Origin: Candidatus Marinacidobacterales bacterium
Lineage (GTDB): Bacteria > Acidobacteriota > Vicinamibacteria > Marinacidobacterales > DATDRI01
Assembly (NCBI GenBank): GCA_965226495.1
Contig: OZ245365.1
Span: 1,280,001-1,344,000 of the forward strand
Direction of reading: 5' to 3'
Length of the DNA: 64,000 bases
The notes below the pieces were generated by a model. It ran no database searches, had not been told where the DNA came from, and saw nothing but the letters and a program-made list of their open reading frames with translations. Position numbers and translations under genes: made by a program. Below are positions 17,284 to 26,070 of this stretch, piece after piece (position 1 is the first letter of the stretch; each line of letters opens with the position of its first letter).

Positions 17284-19127
17284 GTGGTGTGCAAGCTACC
17301 GTAGTCCCTATCTGCGGGGAAACGACGTTACCGAAAGTACGCGCTTTCCGAATCGAAGACTCTCTATCGATCGGCGTACTGGCTCTGATGGTATTGATTC
17401 CCCTCATTGAGGTGGCGGGTCGTGAGCTCGCGGGGAGAGGTTTGCCGGGAGCCATCCCGATTGTCCAGCATCTGACGCTTTGGATTGCGTTTCTAGGAGC
17501 GGGGCTTGCGGCCCGCTCCGATCGGCTCCTCGCTCTTTCGACGGCGGACGTCCTCCCCCAACGCTGGCGCCGGCCGGTTCGGATCTTTACTTCGGCGGTC
17601 GGTGTCGCGGTGTCGGCGTCTCTTCTCTTGGCAAGCCTCGATCTCATTCGGGTCGAGCTGGCGGCGGGTGAGAGGGTAGCGTTCGGAGTACCGGTATGGT
17701 TCGCACTCGCCGTCATGCCCATCGGCTTCGCCTTGATCGCGGGCCGATTGATCTGGCACGCGTCCGATCGTGCATGGGGAAGAGTCCTGGTCGCGTCGGG
17801 GCTCTTGGTTCCCGCCGTCCTCGGGCAGTTTGCGGGTCTACAGGACGCGGGGCTGCTCGGTCCCGGAGTCTTGCTTCTACTCGTCGCGACGGCCCTGGGG
17901 CTTCCTATCTTTGCGGTTCTCGGAGGCGCGGCACTGCTCTTGTTTTGGACATCGGGAATTCCTGTGGCTGCGGTCCCGGTCGAGACCTATCGTTTGACCG
18001 CGCAGCCCATGTTGCCTGCGATTCCTCTATTTACGCTCGCGGGCTACTTACTCGCGGAGGGAGGTGCGAGTCGCCGGCTGCTTCGCAGTTTTACCGCCAT
18101 CGTCGGTTGGATGCCGGGAGGCCTCGCCATCGTGACCACTTTGGTTCTCGCATTCTTCACGCCTCTCACCGGTGCATCGGGGGTCACCATTCTTTCGATG
18201 GGAGGTCTCCTGCTGCCGATGCTAGTGAAGGCCCGGTATCCGGAGAAATCCTCGGTGGGTTTGGTTACGGTTTCTGGATCGATTGGTCTCCTCTTTGCAC
18301 CGAGTCTGCCCGTCATCCTATACGGCGTTTACTCGAATACGCCGATCGACGAGCTATTCATCGGTGGGTTGATGCCCGGGCTGTTGCTCGTGGTGCTGAT
18401 TGCTGGATGGGGTGCGAGCCGCGGCTTCCTTGCCGGGGCCCAACGGAGCTCCTTCGATAAACGCGAAGCTCTCGCGGCCCTGTGGGAGGCAAAGTGGGAG
18501 TTCCTTCTTCCTGTCGTCATCCTCGTGGGCATCTTCGGTGGGTTCGCTACGATTGTAGAAGCAGCCGCCCTTACCGTGCTCTACGCCTTCGTTGTGGAGT
18601 GCGTCGTCTACAAAGACATCCGGATCGGGCGCGATCTCGCTTCGATAGCCGTAGAGAGCGCTACCCTCGTTGGCGGGTTCCTCATCATTCTGGGTACGGC
18701 ACTCGGCTTCACCAACTATCTGATTCACGCCGAAGTACCGATCCGCGCGCTCCATTGGGTACAGACTTACATCGAATCACCGCTCGTCTTCTTGTTGACG
18801 CTCAACGTGTTTCTGCTCATCGTCGGAGCGCTGATGGACATCTATTCGGCGATCTTCGTTATTGTTCCGCTCATCGCTCCGATGGGGATCGCTTACGGCA
18901 TTCACCCGGTGCATCTCGGTATCGTCTTCCTCGCCAACATGGAGCTGGGCTACTTGATGCCGCCCATGGGAGAGAACCTGTTTCTTTCCTCTTATCGGTT
19001 CAAGCAGTCGCTCACTCGGGTCTATCTATCTACAGGCCCGTATGTTCTCATTTTGCTGGCGGCGGTCTTGCTGATTACTTATGTTCCCGCTTTCACCTTG
19101 TGGCCGCTCGAGCTGCTCGGACGGTGA
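17280..19127 (+). CDS. TRAP transporter fused small and large permease (DctQM)
   Basis: N-terminal DctQ-like TMs; AIPLFTLAG, TGASGVTI, GIHPVHLGIVFLANMELGYLMPPMG. Confidence 0.9.
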   Translation: MSGVQATVVPICGETTLPKVRAFRIEDSLSIGVLALMVLIPLIEVAGRELAGRGLPGAIPIVQHLTLWIAFLGAGLAARSDRLLALSTADVLPQRWRRPVRIFTSAVGVAVSASLLLASLDLIRVELAAGERVAFGVPVWFALAVMPIGFALIAGRLIWHASDRAWGRVLVASGLLVPAVLGQFAGLQDAGLLGPGVLLLLVATALGLPIFAVLGGAALLLFWTSGIPVAAVPVETYRLTAQPMLPAIPLFTLAGYLLAEGGASRRLLRSFTAIVGWMPGGLAIVTTLVLAFFTPLTGASGVTILSMGGLLLPMLVKARYPEKSSVGLVTVSGSIGLLFAPSLPVILYGVYSNTPIDELFIGGLMPGLLLVVLIAGWGASRGFLAGAQRSSFDKREALAALWEAKWEFLLPVVILVGIFGGFATIVEAAALTVLYAFVVECVVYKDIRIGRDLASIAVESATLVGGFLIILGTALGFTNYLIHAEVPIRALHWVQTYIESPLVFLLTLNVFLLIVGALMDIYSAIFVIVPLIAPMGIAYGIHPVHLGIVFLANMELGYLMPPMGENLFLSSYRFKQSLTRVYLSTGPYVLILLAAVLLITYVPAFTLWPLELLGR

Positions 19128-19222
19128 GCGAGGTCTCTTGCCCGCCATACGCGCCGCCCGCATGCCGGTGGCGACGGCGCTTCGAGAGCTCTAGTCGCGC
19201 AAACGAAAGGGGCAGACCCCCC

Positions 19223-19735
19223 TCAGGGTCCGTTCCAAGGAGTCGTTCTCGGAATCCATCGCGGCACGTGCTGCTTGTAGCTCTCGTAGTCTTCACCGAA
19301 CCTTCGAACCAGACCAGGTTCTTCCGAAACGATGAAATAGACGTAATTAATGATGAAAAAGACGACCGCGAGCTCGGCGATGGCGAGAGAGCCCAGAAAA
19401 ACGGCTTCCCCGAGAAGAATCGTGATGACGCCGGTGATCATGGGGTTTCTTACGAATCGATAGGGTCCCTCGACTACGAGCTTCTGTGTCGGATCCCGGG
19501 GGGCCAACGTGCCCTCTCCGACGACCGCGAAAAGCCGCACCGTCTTCACAAGGAGCCACAACCCAGTTCCGATCAGCAGAACTCCCACTCCACGCGACGC
19601 GAAATAAATTGGTACCGAGAAGGGCCAGCGAGTATCGATCTCGTCCAGGAATACGACGATGAGACTCGGCACCACCACGAGGACCATGAAAGGCAGAGCC
19701 AGGACGGAGGCAAGAACTCGCAGATGGGGGACCAA
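19223..19735 (-). CDS. Isoprenylcysteine carboxylmethyltransferase (ICMT/PEMT) family protein
   Basis: GTLAP, LVVEGPYRFVRNPM, EEPGLVRRFGEDYESYKQHVPRWIP. Confidence 0.88.
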   Translation of the reverse strand: MVPHLRVLASVLALPFMVLVVVPSLIVVFLDEIDTRWPFSVPIYFASRGVGVLLIGTGLWLLVKTVRLFAVVGEGTLAPRDPTQKLVVEGPYRFVRNPMITGVITILLGEAVFLGSLAIAELAVVFFIINYVYFIVSEEPGLVRRFGEDYESYKQHVPRWIPRTTPWNGP

Positions 19736-19736
19736 T

Positions 19737-21560
19737 CTATGTCGTGGGCTTCTGGTTGTACCAGAACACCAAAATGAACTCGAAGACGTCGTCCGGGTAG
19801 TCGTCCGGTAAAGCAGCGAGAGCCGCCTGACGAAGAGCCCGCGCCGCCGCTTCGTCTAGTGTCGAGTTATTGGAGCCCTTCTTGACTCGAACCTCAAGGA
19901 TCTGTCCGCGGCGGTTGATCGAAGCTTCGACCGAGGCGTGGCCTACAGTGTGCGTATCCGAACCGGGAACCTTCCACCGCCGTTGCACTTCTGTGACCAT
20001 TTGGTGGACCCAGGGTTGGAGGTCGGCCCCCTTAGCATCGTAGTAGATGCTGTTGGACAGACGAACCGCTGGCCCGTAGGCGTTGAGATCTGTAAGGAAC
20101 GCCTTCGCCATCTGGCGTTCCGCGGCCGCCGTCGCGACGGTCACGACGCGCTCACCGATTTCCCGCGCTTCGTCCACGCGGTTCAATCGCAACAAGAGCT
20201 CACCAGTGTTGACTAAATAGATCACGTTCTGCGGTTCGAGCTCCACCGATCGTTGAGCGATACCGATAGCCTCTTCCAAATTTTCCCCTCGACGCACGTA
20301 CTCGTACGCGAGCTGGCCGTACCCCGGTCCAAATAAGGGATTGATGTCGATGGCCCGCTTCAAGGAGCTTTCGGCTCTTGCCCACGCGTCCGTATCTTCT
20401 ACGTTCTCCGTTGCGAGTACAGCGTAGTAGTAATGAGAAATATAGCTCCCGGTACCCAACGCCACTGCGTCCTCGAACCAGCGTTTGGCGAGCTCCCGTT
20501 TGTCGCGCCGGAACTCCAAATAACCCATGCTCTCATGCGCCAGGGCATTTTTCGGATCCAGCCGCAGGGCCTCTTCCAGAAGGGCTTGGGCTTCATACGG
20601 GCGGTTGCTGGCCACCAAGAAGCTTCCCCGCACCGCAGCAGAATCCGCTGGTGAAAGCTCTCTCGCGGAGTATGCCTTGTCGTCGATCTCTGCCGGGGCA
20701 TCCATTCGAGGGCCCCGCCCCATCTTGCTCGAGCTCACGTAACCCTCGAGTTTTTCTTGGAGCTCGTCGAGATCGCCGAAGGATCGTCTAGCCGCCTCGA
20801 CCGAATCCACGTCTGCCTGCACCAGTCGTAGGTACGCGGACAAGGCGGGCCTGGTCCTCGCGTTCTCGTCGCCGAGCAAGAGATAGTGGATGAGTGCCCC
20901 TGATTGCGCGTAGAAGATGGAGACCCTATCGGGATCGGTGTCGTGTGGGTTCTCCTTCATCCCGATGAGCTCCTCGAGCGGCAGCATTCTGTTGCGTTCG
21001 AAGATCTTTCGGCCGATGGGGATGCCCATATCGACGGTCTTGCCCTGAATCCGCGTGCGTTCCCAGACCTCGGCCAATCCTTCGTTCATCCACATCGGGA
21101 TTTTCTCCTCGTTCAAACTCGCGAGGAGATGAAAGTATTCGTGGTAGATCAGTCGGTAGCGTTCGTTGGCTCGTCCATCCAACCGAAGCACGACGAAGTG
21201 TTTATCGAAGCCTCTTTGGAAGACTCCAGCCGGCCGCTGGCCTTTCCGTTCCCAGTATTGGGGAAGGAGTTCTTTCAGTCCATCCTGGTCTTTGGTGGCA
21301 AGGACAACGATGGGGGAACCATCGTCCCTGGCTTTGGGAAGGGCAGTCAGGAAGACGGCACGAATCCGCTCGAGGTCGCCCGCGGTGCGGCGAGCCATTT
21401 TTTCGCCGGCGTTGCTGACAACGGTGAAGTGAGGGCTACGGACCTCGATCCAGGTATCTTGTTTGTCGGCTGCCCCGCCCGAGGGGTCGGGGACCGACAG
21501 TTCCAGCGTTACGGTCGCGAGGAGTGAGAAAAATAGCGCTCTCGCGGGGGTGGCTATCAT
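19737..21560 (-). CDS. DUF1570/gluzincin-like domain + TPR + TonB C-terminal domain protein
   Basis: WIEVRSPHFTVVSNA, HEYFH...NEGLAE, TPR repeats, C-terminal VQRRWKVP...SNNSTLDEAAARAL. Confidence 0.8.
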   Translation of the reverse strand: MIATPARALFFSLLATVTLELSVPDPSGGAADKQDTWIEVRSPHFTVVSNAGEKMARRTAGDLERIRAVFLTALPKARDDGSPIVVLATKDQDGLKELLPQYWERKGQRPAGVFQRGFDKHFVVLRLDGRANERYRLIYHEYFHLLASLNEEKIPMWMNEGLAEVWERTRIQGKTVDMGIPIGRKIFERNRMLPLEELIGMKENPHDTDPDRVSIFYAQSGALIHYLLLGDENARTRPALSAYLRLVQADVDSVEAARRSFGDLDELQEKLEGYVSSSKMGRGPRMDAPAEIDDKAYSARELSPADSAAVRGSFLVASNRPYEAQALLEEALRLDPKNALAHESMGYLEFRRDKRELAKRWFEDAVALGTGSYISHYYYAVLATENVEDTDAWARAESSLKRAIDINPLFGPGYGQLAYEYVRRGENLEEAIGIAQRSVELEPQNVIYLVNTGELLLRLNRVDEAREIGERVVTVATAAAERQMAKAFLTDLNAYGPAVRLSNSIYYDAKGADLQPWVHQMVTEVQRRWKVPGSDTHTVGHASVEASINRRGQILEVRVKKGSNNSTLDEAAARALRQAALAALPDDYPDDVFEFILVFWYNQKPTT

Positions 21561-21613
21561 GAGATTAATGCTCCTACCCGCTTTCCCCTGGGGGAGGGGA
21601 GAATAAGACCGTC

Positions 21614-21764
21614 TTTATACCCCTCCGCCCTCTCGGTTGTCAAGAAGCCGGGCCCGTCAAGTGATAGAGGGTGTCGATGTGAGATGCTGCCTAGTTCAGC
21701 TGACAGGTCCTTCGCAGAAACCGTGGCGATCGCTTTGACGAACTCTGCCCCGCCCGGGTAGTCT
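21614..21764. promoter_or_regulatory. Divergent sigma70-type promoters
   Basis: Minus: TTGACA-18-TATAAA (21643 to 21614). Plus: TTGACG-18-TAGTCT (21735-21764), 6 nt before GTG 21771. Confidence 0.55.
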
Positions 21765-21770
21765 AGTATC

Positions 21771-22724
21771 GTGAAGAGGCTCCTTCTCATGACTCTGGTC
21801 CTGCCGCTCTTTATGGGCGTGCAAAATCAATCCCCCGCGGTCGACGAGCCAGTCACTTCTCCGGAAGAAGATGTGTTTGCCATCCGTACTGCCCTGGTGA
21901 CGGTCACCAACGAGAACGGATTTCCCCTGACCGGATTGGTGGCCAATGACTTCGAGGTGTTGGAGGTGGAAGTCTCGCGCGATATCGTCGAGGTCCTCGG
22001 AGACGAGGACGGACGGGAGATTTTCTTGCTTGTCGATACGAGCGCGGCCTTTCAGGGGGAGATCCCTTCGTTGCGAAAAGGGCTCCAGGCATTCGCTGCG
22101 GCGCTCCGGGAGCCTCACGAGATCATGTTGGTGGAATTCGGTGGGCGGCCCAAGCACCTGGCCGGGCCAACGAGCGACCGCTACCAGCTAGACCGAGCGG
22201 CAAGGAAGGTCATCGCTCGTAGCGAAGGCGCTTACCTGGCGGATGCGATCGCCGACGTTACCAGCGGGATTACCGCCGCCAAGCAAGTCGAGACCGAACC
22301 GCCAATGATTGTCATCGTGGCTTCTCTCTCATCGGACTTCTCGTCACGACGATTCAATGAAGCCTACGATCTCGCCGTTCAATCGAGAGCCGAGTTCTAT
22401 GTCGTGCGGTACGATCGTGGGTTCCGAGGCTCCTTCAATTCTGAACGAGTGGAGGATGTTTTGCGGGGTCTTTGTGAACGAAGTGGCGGCGCATTCACCA
22501 GGGTCCTGGCTGCCGGTGCGTTGGAGAAGACGCTCGGCGCACTGGCAACGCAGCTATTGCAGCCCCGATATCGAATATCTTTCTTGACCGAAGTCGAACC
22601 ACAAACCTTGATGGAAGACCTGAACATCACCGTTTTCCGAGAACACGCCAGGACACTTCTCATTCAGTTGCTCCCGTACGAGAGGCGCGTTACCGTCTCC
22701 CAACCTACTCAAGAAGGCCAATAA
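21771..22724 (+). CDS. VWA domain protein (acidobacterial VWFA type), exported
   Basis: Signal peptide; VTVTNENGFPLTGLVANDFEV, LLVDTS, LCERSGG. Confidence 0.78.
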   Translation: MKRLLLMTLVLPLFMGVQNQSPAVDEPVTSPEEDVFAIRTALVTVTNENGFPLTGLVANDFEVLEVEVSRDIVEVLGDEDGREIFLLVDTSAAFQGEIPSLRKGLQAFAAALREPHEIMLVEFGGRPKHLAGPTSDRYQLDRAARKVIARSEGAYLADAIADVTSGITAAKQVETEPPMIVIVASLSSDFSSRRFNEAYDLAVQSRAEFYVVRYDRGFRGSFNSERVEDVLRGLCERSGGAFTRVLAAGALEKTLGALATQLLQPRYRISFLTEVEPQTLMEDLNITVFREHARTLLIQLLPYERRVTVSQPTQEGQ

Positions 22725-22737
22725 TCGTACTCTCTAA

Positions 22738-23682
22738 GTGAATATCATGAGAACACCCACGTTGTTTATCTTGACCTCCGTGTTGCTCCTTGGCCTCGCG
22801 AATCAAAGAGCTTATTCTCAAGACGCGTTCGCCATTCGCACCGCGCTGGTGTCGGTGACCGACTCGAGTGGCGCCCGCATCGAAGAGCTTGCCGAGGACG
22901 ACTTCAAGCTCGTCGAGCGCGGTGTCGAGCGAGACATCACGGCAGTGATGGATGAGGAAAAAGGCGCCGAGCTCTATCTCTTGGTCGACACCAGCGTGGC
23001 TATGCGGCGCTACGTCCAGCAGCTGAGGACCGGCGTCAAGCAATTCATCGACGCCATTGGCAGCCGTTTCGAGGTCACCCTCTATGAGGTCGGAATGAGG
23101 CCGAGAAAGCTGGCCGGGCCTACCAACGACCGAGCTGCTCTTTCGAGCGCGGTGTCGAAGCTCGTGGCCCAGGCGGGTGAGGGGGCTTACGTTCTAGATG
23201 CGATCTCTGAGACCAGCAAGGAGATACGCGACACCGAGCGCGAAGAAGATATACCGCCGGTCATCGTCGTGATCTTCACCGCCTCCGGCCCCGAACTATC
23301 ACACACTAGCGATCGGGCCGCCGAGAACGCGGGCAAGCGGTCTGGTGCGGTGTACCATGTCGTTATTTATGACGCGAGCGGCCAGGGAGGCAACCCTTCA
23401 CAACGCGCGAAGGTCGATAACGTTCTGGATGACTTGAGCAGAGAGACCGGCGGATCGCTGAAGCGGATCTTGTCTGCCAACGCGATCGGTAACGCTCTGA
23501 CGCGTGTCGCGGAAGAAGAGTTGCAGCCGGCGTACCGGGTATCATTCCTGACGGAGCTTTCTCCGGAGACAAAGCCCGAGGACCTGGAGATCTCCGTCGA
23601 CAGGTCCGGCGCGGAGGTGGAGCTCAGAAAGCTCCTTCCGGGAGAAAAGCGGGTGGACGCCAAGCCGCCCACAAGCCCCTGA
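22738..23682 (+). CDS. VWA domain protein, paralog of the upstream gene
   Basis: VSVTDSSGARIEELAEDDFKLVE, LLVDTS, LSRETGG; shares FAIRTALV and SFLTE with the neighbouring gene. Confidence 0.78.
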   Translation: MNIMRTPTLFILTSVLLLGLANQRAYSQDAFAIRTALVSVTDSSGARIEELAEDDFKLVERGVERDITAVMDEEKGAELYLLVDTSVAMRRYVQQLRTGVKQFIDAIGSRFEVTLYEVGMRPRKLAGPTNDRAALSSAVSKLVAQAGEGAYVLDAISETSKEIRDTEREEDIPPVIVVIFTASGPELSHTSDRAAENAGKRSGAVYHVVIYDASGQGGNPSQRAKVDNVLDDLSRETGGSLKRILSANAIGNALTRVAEEELQPAYRVSFLTELSPETKPEDLEISVDRSGAEVELRKLLPGEKRVDAKPPTSP

Positions 23683-23710
23683 ACGAGCTACTTCATAGGG
23701 CCGACAGTCC

Positions 23711-25174
23711 TCATCTCAGGCCCTCAGACCGGTCCGCCGGAACGCCGTAATCCTTCAGGATGTCTCCGTTCTCCAACTCGACCTGCTGCCGGTCGAGAAC
23801 AATGAGCCCGTCTCGATCGTCCTTGAAGACGACGAACGGATTGTCCGCACCGGCCTCCACGAACCGGATCAGCTCGGCTAGATTGTTCACCTTCTTGTCG
23901 TCTACCTCGATGATTCGCCGGTCCCCAACACGCTGGTAACCCACGTTCACGTCGGAGGGGAGAACGTGGTCCAGGATTACGACTTGCTCTTCTTCCGAGC
24001 TCCGGTACTCGTGACGAAAGGCAAGGAGGCGTTGGGGTGCGTCGTTTTGCCACTGCTTACCCCAGGCCTTGAGGTGATTAAGGGTCAATCCACTGAACAC
24101 CAGCCCGCCGTAGATGTAGTAGGCCGGCGGGGCCTCGTGGCCAGCCGGAACGAGCCTCTGATGGTTCATGGGTTGGTCTAGCGTCACGGAAACTTGAAGG
24201 GATTCCCCTTCACGCAGGATCCCGACACGGATCTCGTCACCCATTTGGTGAAGGCGAACAAAGTGGTTCAAGGGAGCACGTTCACCGCCCCGCATCACGA
24301 TGGTGCCGTCGTCGTCCAAGGGCAGGTCGTTCATCGTAAGCACCACATCCCGCGCACGAAGGTGGCCGTCGGCAGGCATACCGGGCACGACCGATGCGAT
24401 GATCACGCCAGACTGGGTCGCTTCGAGACCGCACATCTTACGGAGTCCGCCGTTCTTCAGAGGCTGCCAGCGAATCCCGAGCGAGGGGATGCCCTCGAAG
24501 TGGCCGTCTTCAACATCGGTTAGGAACTGCCTCACGATGGGCATGGGCACGATATGGCCGAGGTCTCCGTTCATCTGCGACTGCATCGCAACTCCCATAA
24601 CTTGCCCATCGACCACCGCCGCCCCGCCGCTGTTTCCCTTGCGTATCGCACCGTTCAACTTGACGGCTTGTAGAGCGGTATTGCTGTGGGCGTAGGTTTG
24701 TTCCTCGATCGCGGTCACGGCTCCGCGCGTGGCGCTCAGCGAGTCCTCTCCTCCTGGAAATCCATAGATCACCACGTCTTCACCTAGTCCCGGAAGCTCT
24801 CCGAAGGGAAGTGGAGTGATGCCCTCGAAAAAGGATGGTGTCTTGACCGTCAAAAGAGCGAGATCGGCCTCGTGCGATACGAACAAGACCCGCGCAACAT
24901 GCTTTTCCTCTCGCCCGTTGAGCCGCACTTGAAGAAAAGTTTGGTCGGCTACCACATGGGCGTTAGTCAGAATGCGGTGGCCTTCGATGACGAAACCCGA
25001 GCCGGTCGACTGACCGGGAAAGTAAGAATCCCAGGGACTGAAATAGTCCGGCTCGCTCTTGACAACGTAGACCTTGACCACAGAGGCGCGGACGTCGACG
25101 CCGTTCGCGAGAACTGGCAGAACGCCTAGCGCCCATAGAAATATCGACAGATGAATTAATGCACACGTCTTCAT
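23711..25174 (-). CDS. HtrA/Deg-family trypsin-like serine protease with PDZ domains
   Basis: GSGFVI, TNAHVV, DLALL and GNSGG catalytic motifs; YYIYGGLVF in the PDZ region; signal peptide. Confidence 0.9.
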   Translation of the reverse strand: MKTCALIHLSIFLWALGVLPVLANGVDVRASVVKVYVVKSEPDYFSPWDSYFPGQSTGSGFVIEGHRILTNAHVVADQTFLQVRLNGREEKHVARVLFVSHEADLALLTVKTPSFFEGITPLPFGELPGLGEDVVIYGFPGGEDSLSATRGAVTAIEEQTYAHSNTALQAVKLNGAIRKGNSGGAAVVDGQVMGVAMQSQMNGDLGHIVPMPIVRQFLTDVEDGHFEGIPSLGIRWQPLKNGGLRKMCGLEATQSGVIIASVVPGMPADGHLRARDVVLTMNDLPLDDDGTIVMRGGERAPLNHFVRLHQMGDEIRVGILREGESLQVSVTLDQPMNHQRLVPAGHEAPPAYYIYGGLVFSGLTLNHLKAWGKQWQNDAPQRLLAFRHEYRSSEEEQVVILDHVLPSDVNVGYQRVGDRRIIEVDDKKVNNLAELIRFVEAGADNPFVVFKDDRDGLIVLDRQQVELENGDILKDYGVPADRSEGLR

Positions 25175-25207
25175 TTGTATGACTCCTGCCTCGGGCCCCT
25201 AGAAGGG

Positions 25208-25438
25208 CTAGGAGGATTGGCGGCGCTGGGCGGGAAGGTCCGATGCCATGCGGGCACCAACCATCGCCACCACTATCGCAACCAAGGCGAACAGCAGGAA
25301 TCCAGGGAAGACGAGCGGCAACAGGGTCTCCGGGGCCGGATAGAACAAGAGCAGAAGAAACGCGGCAGCCGTACCGGAAACCAAGCCGTTGGCCATCTGG
25401 ATACACGTCAACCAGGCGGTTCGAAGGATGGCAAGCAT
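25208..25438 (-). CDS. Small hypothetical membrane protein
   Basis: 76 aa, two hydrophobic segments, AAGGGAG RBS. Confidence 0.5.
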   Translation of the reverse strand: MLAILRTAWLTCIQMANGLVSGTAAAFLLLLFYPAPETLLPLVFPGFLLFALVAIVVAMVGARMASDLPAQRRQSS

Positions 25439-25560
25439 TGAAACTCCCTTATTAAGTGCCTGGGGGAGGCAGGGAAATTATGAGAAGAAGATTAGCAGAA
25501 TCGACTACGGTTGGTCAAATGGGTCGACCCATTCATGCAAAAGGGAGTCGGTATGCCACG

Positions 25561-25600
25561 AAAAAAACCCCGCCGGCCCGGCAAGCCGGACAGGCGGGGT
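25561..25600 (-). terminator. Intrinsic terminator of the csp gene
   Basis: ACCCCGCC...GGCGGGGT stem followed by a T run on the minus strand. Confidence 0.8.
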
Positions 25601-25625
25601 CTCGATACTAAAGAGGGTCAGTCAG

Positions 25626-25826
25626 TTAGACAGGTTTTACGTTCGAAGCCTGGGGGCCTTTCGGGCCCTGCGTCACCTCGAACTCGACCTTTTGACCTTC
25701 TTGGAGCGAACGGAAACCGTCGCCCGCGATCGCTGAAAAATGGACAAACACGTCGGGACCGTCTTCACGCTGGATGAAGCCGAAACCCTTGCTGTCGTTG
25801 AACCACTTTACGGAACCAGTTGCCAT
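25626..25826 (-). CDS. cspA: Cold-shock protein
   Basis: [13 protein letters not shown] (RNP1), DVFVHFSAI (RNP2), [10 protein letters not shown]. Confidence 0.96.
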   Translation of the reverse strand: MATGSVKWFNDSKGFGFIQREDGPDVFVHFSAIAGDGFRSLQEGQKVEFEVTQGPKGPQASNVKPV

Positions 25827-26070
25827 GCCGGGTCTACCTCCTTTCCTTCAAGATTCTCCCAACTGTGGTCGGGGTAAGGTGTAGACTCTGCAATGGCAAA
25901 ACAAAAAAGCCACGGGGATTTTGGTTCTTCCCGTGGCTCGTCTTTCGTTTCCTAAGCAAGAGAACAACTACACTTTACGGGACCGAGTATAGCATCGGCC
26001 GGTCGAAAACGCTAGTGCAAGTCAAGCCCCCCCCAGTCGAGGGATGGCCGGCCGGCGGTGGAGTGGACTG

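Noticed and set aside
25535-25558. TGGCA...TTGCA on the minus strand as a sigma54 promoter for the protease operon
   Set aside because: The GG-to-GC spacing is 17 nt instead of the required 10.
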